A stretch of DNA of 61,027 nt, the filler included. It is 7 parts of 7 records of this genome, joined end to end, with 100 filler letters (N's around TTAATTAATTAA, not from the genome) between each part and the next. Parts side by side here need not be neighbours in the genome. Positions count along the whole stretch, not along the records: positions 27,716 to 39,473 come from SRR2962707_5163; positions 39,574 to 46,118 come from SRR2962707_5165; 5 more parts are not named here. One strand, 5' to 3'. Below are positions 32,448-40,567 of this stretch, one piece after another; the first letter of the stretch is position 1, and each line of letters starts with the position of its first letter. A program made the translations under genes and the position numbers. The notes under the pieces are model-generated. The model saw only the letters and a program-made list of their open reading frames with translations, was not told the DNA's origin and did no database searches.

Positions 32448-34382
32448 ATGAGCCTGACGACGGATCAAATGGAATTGCGCGAAGAAGATATTCGCAAGCA
32501 TTATCCGGCCGCGGTTGCGATATTGGAGGGGTTTGATCACACAGCGCGTATCGGCCGCGGCGCAGATGTGTCTGTGCCGGAGCGGTCTTCTGGTCTTGGG
32601 TCTCGTCGCCGGTTTCGGTCCACGACTCCGGGTTTGGTTACGCGTTCGACCGCGCGGCCAGAGGGTGTGCATCTGATTGAGCGGATCGAGAATTCTGACG
32701 GGGCGGACCCGCTGACGTCGCCTTTGCAAGCCAGTGTTGTTCATATTCTGAGGCGCGGTTTGGCGATCGCTTTGGCAATGGGGGAGACCTTTTCCGAGGC
32801 GTCTGGTTTGGCGGAGCTAAAGCGTTTGAATTTGGAAGGGTCGTTGGGGACGGATCGTAAGACCGCGTTCAGTGAGTTACTGAGCGCCGAAGCTTTGGCG
32901 GTTTCGTATGTTTTCGCCAATGCGGTTGCGTTTTTGTTGGGGCCGCATGCGTCGGAGGTTTCCGTAGAGGTTGGCGAGGTCGAGGAGGTTTTGACCGACA
33001 ATGCTCAGCTGGCATTGCACGGCGCGCTTTGGGAGTTGGATCAAGATCTGGCGGCGCATGCCACGGATGACACGCGTCTTGTCGCCACGGTAACGGCCTT
33101 TGCGGAACAGTTGATGGAGAAAGTTGCATTACGCGCGCAAGGAATGGCGCAGTTGGGGCGGTTTAGTAACACATCCTGGCGGATTGAAGCGGATGATCTG
33201 ACGTTGCGGGGGTTTACGCCGGCGACCAAGGTGAAGGGCACAACGCTGACGATGCAGTTCAAGAAGCCGCATGAAGTCGTGGGCAATCACATCGCGAAGT
33301 ATCAGGCTATGCGCCTAGCCAAGATGTTGATGGCCTATGATTTCGAGCGCAAGTTAAACCCTTTTGCGGAGCTGGGCGGCTTTATCTTTACCTTTATGGG
33401 GGATGGTAAGCCGGGTACCGGAAAAACCACGCTCATCCAGATGATGGCGGGGTTGATCCACGACTATTGTGGTGTGGCTGGGTATGGCTTTCGCTACCAA
33501 AATCTGAGCACGGACAATATCGACAGTTATCAGGGGAAGTCTGGTCAGAACGCCAAGGCGTTTATCAACAACATCCTGGATCCGGGCGTCATCGGCTTCG
33601 GGACGATTGACGATATTGATCAGCTTGCCGGAAAACGCGGAGACCGGCAGTCGAGCGCGGGGCAGCTGGAAATCACCGCTGTGTTGATGGAGAGCTTTGC
33701 CGGAGCCAATACGGTTGTGCGGGGTAATTGTACGTTTGGTATGTTCTCGAACTATCCTGAGAATGTCGATGATGCCTTGCGTCAACGGGCCGGCGCGCGG
33801 TTTTTGGTCGATGGGCCGCAGACTCGTGAGGATTACATCGACATTCTTGCGCTGCTGATGGGCAAAAACCATGACATTCCTTTGGGGGGGCATGAGCTGT
33901 TTTCAGCCCAGGAAATTCGGAGCGCGGTCGCCAAGAGTTTTGAGGCGCATAGCCGGCCGCATGAAGACGGGTTGATGCGGGTGTTTGATCGGGTGAATGA
34001 TCAGGTCGGCGCCTTGGACACCATTGCCAAGTTGGGCACCTATTTGAAGGCGATCCAAGAGGCGGATGAACGGTTTACCGGGCGCGCGATCAAGAACATC
34101 ACGGACGCCGTTAAGGTGCGCGCGATGGATTTCGAATTGCCGGATGAGTGGATGGAAAATCCAGAGCTGTTCCTGTTCCGCGATTATGATCGCAAACGCG
34201 CGATGATCGAAGAACTGCGGCAGCCCATAACGGTTGAGATGGTGATCCAGGAGATCAACCGTTACGCCGATTCAGAGTTCCGTTATGCGGATAAGTCTGA
34301 CGAGGTGGCGATCGACGGCATGGTACGTGACTTTGAGCGCCAGGAAGAGGCCAAGCGGCGGTATCTGGAGGGAAAGGGGTGA
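32448..34382 (+). CDS. Classic-clade AAA+ ATPase with a long N-terminal domain
   Basis: ATG 32448 with GGGAGG RBS; Walker A GKPGTGKTT; pore loop SYQGKS; Walker B GTIDDID; second region of homology NYPENVDDALRQR. Confidence 0.92.
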   Translation: MSLTTDQMELREEDIRKHYPAAVAILEGFDHTARIGRGADVSVPERSSGLGSRRRFRSTTPGLVTRSTARPEGVHLIERIENSDGADPLTSPLQASVVHILRRGLAIALAMGETFSEASGLAELKRLNLEGSLGTDRKTAFSELLSAEALAVSYVFANAVAFLLGPHASEVSVEVGEVEEVLTDNAQLALHGALWELDQDLAAHATDDTRLVATVTAFAEQLMEKVALRAQGMAQLGRFSNTSWRIEADDLTLRGFTPATKVKGTTLTMQFKKPHEVVGNHIAKYQAMRLAKMLMAYDFERKLNPFAELGGFIFTFMGDGKPGTGKTTLIQMMAGLIHDYCGVAGYGFRYQNLSTDNIDSYQGKSGQNAKAFINNILDPGVIGFGTIDDIDQLAGKRGDRQSSAGQLEITAVLMESFAGANTVVRGNCTFGMFSNYPENVDDALRQRAGARFLVDGPQTREDYIDILALLMGKNHDIPLGGHELFSAQEIRSAVAKSFEAHSRPHEDGLMRVFDRVNDQVGALDTIAKLGTYLKAIQEADERFTGRAIKNITDAVKVRAMDFELPDEWMENPELFLFRDYDRKRAMIEELRQPITVEMVIQEINRYADSEFRYADKSDEVAIDGMVRDFERQEEAKRRYLEGKG

Positions 34383-34576
34383 AGCGAATTTTGGCCCACC
34401 CAGTGTCTTGGGGAACGACCGTATTGTCTGCAGTCGGATGGTTAAGTTTTTTGGGGATTTGCGAGACGGTGGGTGGATGGCGACTACTTTTTGATGCTTT
34501 CTTTGACGCGTTGCCAGACGCAAAAAATGAAACACTTAGCAAATACTTGAGATCAGATATTTGGAGTACACCATGA
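34379..34576 (+). CDS. Small hydrophobic protein (65 aa), translationally coupled at both ends
   Basis: GTGA overlap with the AAA stop and ATGA overlap with the next start; GGAGG upstream; hydrophobic segment VSWGTTVLSAVGWLSFLGIC. Confidence 0.5.
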   Translation: MKRILAHPVSWGTTVLSAVGWLSFLGICETVGGWRLLFDAFFDALPDAKNETLSKYLRSDIWSTP

Positions 34577-35910
34577 ACCGCCTCATCAAATCTGGCCTCA
34601 TGTTTGGCAATCTTATCCCGGTGACCAGCGCTGGGTTGGTGGATCGGTACAACCGGGCGCTTCAGCATTTGACGGGGCGGACGACGGCGCTTACCGATTT
34701 TCATATCGATATTTCCGGTTACTCCCCCGAGGTTGGGGAAGAGTTGGGCGACCATCTTTATCTCAACCAGAATGGGGTGAACCGGCAGTTCATCCTTTTG
34801 ACCACACAACAGAAGACGGCACCGCTTTTGAGTGCGAAATTCTCGACCAGTCGCGGGATTTTGCGCAGCTTCATCGATCAGAATGAACGCCAGCTGTTCG
34901 CCTTGACGGCCAAGGATGCCGTGGGCGGGGAGTTGGTAAACTCGGTCTATGATGTCTCGGATCCGAAACGCCTGTTCGACATTCGCACCGTGACGGTTGA
35001 GGCCGATACCACAGGCGGAACGGTGCAGGATGCGGATAAATTGGCCGCGATGGTGGATGAGTTCAAAACCAAGGATGATGCCTGGTTTGACGATGTGCTA
35101 ATCGCGGACATGATTGGGCTGGCCCAAAAGACTGGGGACATTGTGCGCAATCCTGTGCGGTTAAAGCATATGTCCTTTGAGCAGGACAATTTTTGGACGG
35201 CGCATTTTGGTGGTTTGTACCTGTTTCGCGGTGTCGATCATCCGGCGATGATTTGTGCGGGCGACAAGCTGCAAGATTTGCCAATCCAATATGTGTTTGA
35301 CCTGAAGGATCGCAATCGGATTGCCAAGTTCTTTGAATTCAACGATCTGGTGGAACCCATTGTCCGCGCCAAAAGGATCGATGCGGCCGCGATCCTGCGC
35401 CAAAAGATGGACTTTATTGTTATCGATGCGGCGCAAGAGGCCGATGTTGATCTGACTGGGGCAACGCGACGTGATATTCGCCGGTTGGCGCGGGAGTATG
35501 CCAGCCGGTTGCCTGAAACATGGCATGCGTTGAATCAGTTGGTGAATTGGGCGGAGGGCAAGGGAGCCTGGCCGCGTATCAGCTCTGAGCATCCGGCATA
35601 TTTCTATACCTTGCGTGCATCCAATCATGCGGATGCGGATTTGGTGAATATGCTTCTGGCCGAATTAGCACCGAAGGACATTCGCCAATTGTTTATTTGC
35701 CACAAAGACTTGTTCTATCGGCTCTACTCAGGCTGGAGCGATGTCAAAAAGGCGTATGTGGTAGATTTCCTGACTCGAGAATATCAGGCTGACAAAGCAG
35801 GCGCGCGCGCCGCGCTTTTCGGGCATGATGCAACTATGGAAGAGCCCACAATGGCCCGTCGCGATGATCTAATTGCGCGTGTTGGCCCTTGGGGCGCAGT
35901 TCGGAGGTAA
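34573..35910 (+). CDS. Uncharacterised protein (DUF6638-like)
   Basis: ATG 34573 with GGAG RBS; 445 aa. Motifs FHIDISGYSPE, YLNQNGVNRQFILL and FWTAHFGGLYLFR are recalled as DUF6638-type, unverified. Confidence 0.75.
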   Translation: MNRLIKSGLMFGNLIPVTSAGLVDRYNRALQHLTGRTTALTDFHIDISGYSPEVGEELGDHLYLNQNGVNRQFILLTTQQKTAPLLSAKFSTSRGILRSFIDQNERQLFALTAKDAVGGELVNSVYDVSDPKRLFDIRTVTVEADTTGGTVQDADKLAAMVDEFKTKDDAWFDDVLIADMIGLAQKTGDIVRNPVRLKHMSFEQDNFWTAHFGGLYLFRGVDHPAMICAGDKLQDLPIQYVFDLKDRNRIAKFFEFNDLVEPIVRAKRIDAAAILRQKMDFIVIDAAQEADVDLTGATRRDIRRLAREYASRLPETWHALNQLVNWAEGKGAWPRISSEHPAYFYTLRASNHADADLVNMLLAELAPKDIRQLFICHKDLFYRLYSGWSDVKKAYVVDFLTREYQADKAGARAALFGHDATMEEPTMARRDDLIARVGPWGAVRR

Positions 35911-35912
35911 GT

Positions 35913-36179
35913 ATGTTCGCATTGGCCCGCCTTCTTGTGATCGCCTTTATCGTGCTGACTATCGTCTATGTTGGTTTGTCCTTCTATTCCCGGTCTGTTC
36001 GACGACGTAAGCTTCGGGAAGAATGGGACAATGAGGGGCATACAGGTGATCGGGATGCCTTTGTGGATCAAGGATTGAAGGACTATGACAACTCATTGCG
36101 CCGAAAATTGATCCTTGGTGTGTATGTTGTCCCTCTGGTGCTGGTGGCTGTCATAGTTTACCTGACAAATTTTTACTGA
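35913..36179 (+). CDS. Small two-TM membrane protein (88 aa)
   Basis: ATG 35913 with GGAGG RBS, 2 bp after the previous stop; two hydrophobic helices flanking a charged loop. Confidence 0.8.
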   Translation: MFALARLLVIAFIVLTIVYVGLSFYSRSVRRRKLREEWDNEGHTGDRDAFVDQGLKDYDNSLRRKLILGVYVVPLVLVAVIVYLTNFY

Positions 36180-36189
36180 AAGGACCGTC

Positions 36190-36834
36190 ATGGCCTACGT
36201 GAAATGGATTTTGATTATCGTCTTCTGGGCGTTCATCGGGGCGTTTTTTCATTACACCCTGCCGCAGAACGACGTTTTGCGTGTGACGGACACGTATGAA
36301 AAGCGGATCGATTTTGGTGAAAACGCGCTGTTCTGGAGTCAGGCGGACGCTGGAAATGATCCCAATGTCACCAATCGGGATGTATTTTTCATTCAGACCC
36401 GCCGCGCAGATGACAGTGTGATGGTTTATCGTAACGAAGACACAGGTTGGGGTTGGCCGCCATATTTCAAATTCGATACGTCAAACCTTCAGGCAGAGGC
36501 GGCCGAATTCAAGTCGACAGCAGAAGCGCCGAAATGGGTCGTGTTGAAGCATTACGGTTGGCGCAACGAATTTTTGTCGATCTTTCCCAACGCTGTGAAC
36601 GTGCGCGCTGTAAGCGGTCCGGATGTCCGGATTATTCCATGGCTCAACATCATTATTCTGACGCTATTTTTCGCTGGCGTTTGGGCAATTTGGGTTCGCT
36701 GGAAGCGCTTTCGGGCAAAGCGTATTGATCCCGTTTTAGAGGATGTTGGAGATACGTTCGAAGCAGCGGGCGATTCCATTGCTGACAAACGTGGCCGTTT
36801 TAGTCGTTGGCTCGATAGCTGGAAGAAGAAGTAA
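36190..36834 (+). CDS. DUF1523-like membrane protein
   Basis: N- and C-terminal TM helices; HYTLPQ.D, VYRNEDTGWGWPPYFKFD, YGWR motifs. Confidence 0.85.
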   Translation: MAYVKWILIIVFWAFIGAFFHYTLPQNDVLRVTDTYEKRIDFGENALFWSQADAGNDPNVTNRDVFFIQTRRADDSVMVYRNEDTGWGWPPYFKFDTSNLQAEAAEFKSTAEAPKWVVLKHYGWRNEFLSIFPNAVNVRAVSGPDVRIIPWLNIIILTLFFAGVWAIWVRWKRFRAKRIDPVLEDVGDTFEAAGDSIADKRGRFSRWLDSWKKK

Positions 36835-37744
36835 CCGCCAGAATCTGTTGCCAAACGGCGAGTTCGTCAATCACAGTCCACTCGCGGCGCAAGCCGCGGG
36901 GGCCGAATTCGACAAAAGTCATACCGATTATGTAGAGCCTTGCCCCGGTTGGCTCTCCGAATCGTCCCCAACCGTCATGTGTTCCAGTCAGCGTCCATTT
37001 GAGCGCGGCTCGGGGTGGGCGCAAAGGGTCTTCATTGCCAATTTGTGTTGAAATATGGAAAGTTCCCGTTGGGACGGCCGCACGCAACGACAACCAGAAT
37101 TGATCTGCTGCTTTTGCCCCAATGCGGTGACCAATGGGGTAGGTCAATTCGGCGGCTGGATCATAGCATTGATGGATCACGGACAAGTCACCGTCCATAA
37201 TCGACGTCAGAATATCAGCCAACGCAGCGCCCCAGGGATCGGTGTTGTTTCGCAAAGATGGGGGCAATGTTGATTTCGGACCTGCCCGTCGATCCGCCCA
37301 TGTTTTGGCTGTGTGACCTAACTGGGTCAGCTGGCTTTCGGTGTCCGTGATCAGCCCTGCTTCGATGAGCTGTCCGTCTTCAATGAGCAATTCCAAAACG
37401 GATCTATAGTGAACTTGCGCCATGCTAGGCGGCCCATAAACACCGGTACCGCTGTGGGTGGCCAAATGGCGAACACGCACCAAAGCGAAGCCAGAGTTTT
37501 CACCAGTCGGTGCCATCAGCGTCTCTTCTACGATGCTTTTATGATCTGGTAAGGCGATGCGCATTTCCGTCACAGACCGGGCATAGCTTCGTAAGTTGAT
37601 CGCACGGCCTGAGCTGTCCAGAAAGTCCGTGGTGATGCCAAACTCTGGCGGTATTTGCCCAACAGAGAGAGGAGACCAAAGCCCATCGACAATGCGACCA
37701 AGGTCGGCTGGTTCCCTTTGAGACGTATCAAGCATGTGAGTCAC
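36800..37744 (-). CDS. SnoaL/NTF2-like ester-cyclase family protein (tandem domains, divergent)
   Basis: ATHSGTGVYG and WTLTGTHDGWGRFGEPTG...REWTVIDE motifs indicate duplicated SnoaL-like domains. Confidence 0.7.
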   Translation of the reverse strand: MTHMLDTSQREPADLGRIVDGLWSPLSVGQIPPEFGITTDFLDSSGRAINLRSYARSVTEMRIALPDHKSIVEETLMAPTGENSGFALVRVRHLATHSGTGVYGPPSMAQVHYRSVLELLIEDGQLIEAGLITDTESQLTQLGHTAKTWADRRAGPKSTLPPSLRNNTDPWGAALADILTSIMDGDLSVIHQCYDPAAELTYPIGHRIGAKAADQFWLSLRAAVPTGTFHISTQIGNEDPLRPPRAALKWTLTGTHDGWGRFGEPTGARLYIIGMTFVEFGPRGLRREWTVIDELAVWQQILAVTSSSSYRAND

Positions 37745-37791
37745 CCGTGTTGACGACCCGTATGACCTAATCGCGCAAAGTTAAATCAAAG

Positions 37792-38664
37792 TTATCGCTT
37801 ACCGTAATAAAGCCCGACGACGTGCTCTGCCTCGGCAAAGAACAACCAACGCGACGTTGCAACACCGGCCAAATGGCTCAGAACCGCCAAGGCACCAAAG
37901 ATATGCGGCAATGGGATGAGTAAGAGGCCAATCGGCAGCACAAACCCCAAAACCATAGCAATCGCACGGAGTTTCTGAGCATGTTTGCGACCGACGACAT
38001 AGACCATCTCATGCAATAGAAAATTTGTTCCGGTGTGGGGCGGTTCGAAGGCACGAACTTTACCGATCTCGCCTAGGCCAGTTGCGGTTTCCATGTCGGT
38101 TCCTGAGTCTGAAAACCGGCGGTCACCAAGACGCCACCAAGCGATCTGCACCAGAGCTGCGATAAGAAGCAATCCGATCGCGATATTTACCCGACCAGAT
38201 AACAGCGCCCCGCCGGCAACAGACAGGGACAAAAACAGAATGGGAGTCGCGGGCATGTTCCAGCGTGGCACCGATTTTATCTGTTCATAAATCATGGATG
38301 TGGTGAAGACGGCTGCAAGGCTGAAACAGGCACTAATCCAGCCTAAAACTGCGATTTGGGTGTGCAGAAATACCAAAAAAACGGCGTAGATACCGCCAAT
38401 AATCAACGCGCTTACTGACATCCAAGCCTCGCGGCTTAGCCAACTTGTTTTCCATTGGCGGAAGGCTTTGATTGCGCGTTCCTTACGACCCAGATGCCAG
38501 GCCGAAGTTAGTAGGCCGCCGACAGCCAATGCATAGGCAATGGCAAAGAAAGCAAAACCCACCCAGCCTGTCGGAGCTGAATTGTCCACACCGAGCCAAA
38601 ACAACAGCCCAAAGCCTAACCCTGAGAGAGTTGTGAAGGCAATAATCGACGGCGCAGGATTCAT
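37792..38664 (-). CDS. soeC: DmsC/NrfD-type membrane anchor of a molybdoenzyme (probable sulfite dehydrogenase SoeC)
   Basis: MNPAPSIIAFTTLSGLGFG, HLG..ERA..AF.QW.TSWLSRE, RWLFFAEAEHVV; TGATG overlap with the Fe-S subunit gene. Confidence 0.75.
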   Translation of the reverse strand: MNPAPSIIAFTTLSGLGFGLLFWLGVDNSAPTGWVGFAFFAIAYALAVGGLLTSAWHLGRKERAIKAFRQWKTSWLSREAWMSVSALIIGGIYAVFLVFLHTQIAVLGWISACFSLAAVFTTSMIYEQIKSVPRWNMPATPILFLSLSVAGGALLSGRVNIAIGLLLIAALVQIAWWRLGDRRFSDSGTDMETATGLGEIGKVRAFEPPHTGTNFLLHEMVYVVGRKHAQKLRAIAMVLGFVLPIGLLLIPLPHIFGALAVLSHLAGVATSRWLFFAEAEHVVGLYYGKR

Positions 38665-39410
38665 CAGAGTTTCTCCAAGGCTTTGTCGATCCAACCGAGA
38701 AACCCTTTGGGTTCCTCAGCGATGGGAGCCAGAAACGGCGCCAGCACGTCTGTTTCGTTCCAACTGTCCTTGGGGCGCGGCGGCAGGTATTTATTGACGG
38801 GTTTCGTGCCCATTTCGGGCATGAGATCAAATCCGCCGCGCGCGTCCACCAATTGGCTGACGTTACTTTCTGGATCGGCAAAGTCTCCGAAATGTCGGGC
38901 GCCAGACGGGCAGGTCCGTACGCAAGCTGGGAGACGATCTTCTTCGGGCAGGTTTTCGTTGTAGATCCGGTCGACGCATAGGGTACATTTCTTCATGACA
39001 CCCTCTGCCTGATCCAATTCGCGCGCGCCGTAAGGACAAGCCCAGGCGCAAAGATTACAGCCGATGCAGTCTTTTTCGTTCACTAGTACAATACCATCTT
39101 CTGCCCGTTTGTAGCTGGCTCCGGTTGGACAGACGGTGACGCAAGGCGCATCATCGCAATGCAGGCAAGACTTTGGGAAGTGCACCAGCTGGGCCGGTTG
39201 GCTATCTGGTGTGACCTCGAAACTGTGAACCCGGTTTAAAAATGTGCCCGACGGATCAGAGCCGTAGGGGTCTTGGTCGCTGAGGGGGGCGCCATAATTT
39301 TCGGTGTTCCAACCTTTGCATGAAATCACGCAAGCATGACACCCGACACAGGTGTCCAGATCGATGACAAGTCCGAGTTTCCGCTCTGTGGTCTTTGGTA
39401 ATTCTGTCAT
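38664..39410 (-). CDS. soeB: 4Fe-4S ferredoxin subunit, DmsB type (probable SoeB)
   Basis: Four Cys clusters: CVGCHAC..C, CLHC...PC..VCPTGA, CIGCNLC..ACPYGA, CTLC...PAC..TCP. Confidence 0.8.
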   Translation of the reverse strand: MTELPKTTERKLGLVIDLDTCVGCHACVISCKGWNTENYGAPLSDQDPYGSDPSGTFLNRVHSFEVTPDSQPAQLVHFPKSCLHCDDAPCVTVCPTGASYKRAEDGIVLVNEKDCIGCNLCAWACPYGARELDQAEGVMKKCTLCVDRIYNENLPEEDRLPACVRTCPSGARHFGDFADPESNVSQLVDARGGFDLMPEMGTKPVNKYLPPRPKDSWNETDVLAPFLAPIAEEPKGFLGWIDKALEKL

Positions 39411-39442
39411 GATTTTAGCTTGTGCCTCTGAATGGGAGTCGA

Positions 39443-39473
39443 CCGGGGCTCTGCCCCGGACCCCGGGATATTT
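39443..39473. repeat. GC-rich palindromic intergenic repeat (REP-like) at the contig break
   Basis: CCGGGGC-TCT-GCCCCGG hairpin followed by ACCCCGGGATATTT. The assembly ends inside it, as expected for a multicopy element. Confidence 0.55.
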
Positions 39474-39573
39474 NNNNNNNNNNNNNNNNNNNNNNNNNNN
39501 NNNNNNNNNNNNNNNNNTTAATTAATTAANNNNNNNNNNNNNNNNNNNNNNNNNNNNNNNNNNNNNNNNNNNN
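39474..39573. other. Artificial contig-join spacer
   Basis: N44-TTAATTAATTAA-N44. Confidence 0.99.
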
Positions 39574-39651
39574 AGAATGTTATTAGGGCGCACAGCCATG
39601 GAAAATCGTATAGTCGTTGATCCGGCTTTATCTCATTTATTAGATAGTTAA
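39574..39651 (+). CDS. C-terminal fragment of the RimK-associated putative protease (RimB-like / 'ATP-dependent zinc protease' family)
   Basis: Reads [25 protein letters not shown]; the MLLGR..M motif and position just upstream of rimK fit this family. Confidence 0.75.
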   Translation, partial: RMLLGRTAMENRIVVDPALSHLLDS

Positions 39652-39661
39652 GGTTTTAACT

Positions 39662-40567
39662 ATGAAAATCGGTATTTTATCTCGCAATAAGAATTTATAT
39701 TCAACACGTCGCTTAATTGAAGCTGCCCAGCTGCGTGGTCATGAAGTGAAAGTAATTGATGCGCTGCGTTGTTATATGAACATTAACTCTGAGCAACCAG
39801 AGATCCACTATCGCGGTGAAAATCTAAAAGACTTTGACACTATCATCCCGCGTATTGGTGCTTCGGTTACTTTTTATGGCTGCGCTGTATTACGCCAATT
39901 CGAAATGATGAATGTGTTCCCTGTAAATGAATCAGTGGCAATTTCACGTTCGCGAGACAAATTACGATCATTACAGTTATTGTCGCGTAAAGGCGTAGGT
40001 ATGCCGGTAACGGGTTTTGCTAGTAAGCCAGATGACGTAAAAGACTTACTTGAAATGGTGGGCGGTGCCCCTGTGGTTATTAAATTACTCGAAGGCACGC
40101 AAGGCATCGGTGTGGTATTAGCTGAAACACGTAAAGCAGCTGAAAGTGTTATTGAAGCCTTTATGGGCCTAAAAGCTAACATCATGGTACAAGAATATAT
40201 TAAAGAAGCCGGTGGTGCTGATATTCGCTGTTTCGTACTCGGTGATAAAGTAATTGCCGCAATGAAGCGTCAAGCGCAAGATGGTGAATTCCGTTCTAAT
40301 TTACACCGCGGTGGCAGTGCAACATTAGTACGTATCACCCCAGAAGAACGTAGAACAGCAGTGGCTGCAGCTAAAGCGATGGGCTTGAATGTAGCTGGGG
40401 TTGACTTACTTCGTTCATCTCGCGGGCCTTTGGTAATGGAAGTGAATTCATCACCAGGTCTTGAAGGTATTGAAGTAGCAACAGGAAAAGATATAGCAGG
40501 CATGGTGATCGAATTTATCGAAAAAACCGCTGCGACTAAAAGGACCGCAACGCGTGGCAAAGGTTAA
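39662..40567 (+). CDS. rimK: Ribosomal protein S6 glutamyl ligase RimK (ATP-grasp)
   Basis: [60 protein letters not shown]. Confidence 0.97.
   Translation: MKIGILSRNKNLYSTRRLIEAAQLRGHEVKVIDALRCYMNINSEQPEIHYRGENLKDFDTIIPRIGASVTFYGCAVLRQFEMMNVFPVNESVAISRSRDKLRSLQLLSRKGVGMPVTGFASKPDDVKDLLEMVGGAPVVIKLLEGTQGIGVVLAETRKAAESVIEAFMGLKANIMVQEYIKEAGGADIRCFVLGDKVIAAMKRQAQDGEFRSNLHRGGSATLVRITPEERRTAVAAAKAMGLNVAGVDLLRSSRGPLVMEVNSSPGLEGIEVATGKDIAGMVIEFIEKTAATKRTATRGKG

Noticed and set aside
30143-36834. Operon as an anti-phage defence or mobile island
   Set aside because: No nuclease, TIR, SIR2, toxin, integrase or flanking repeats visible, and it sits among housekeeping and metabolic genes. Not excluded, but unsupported.
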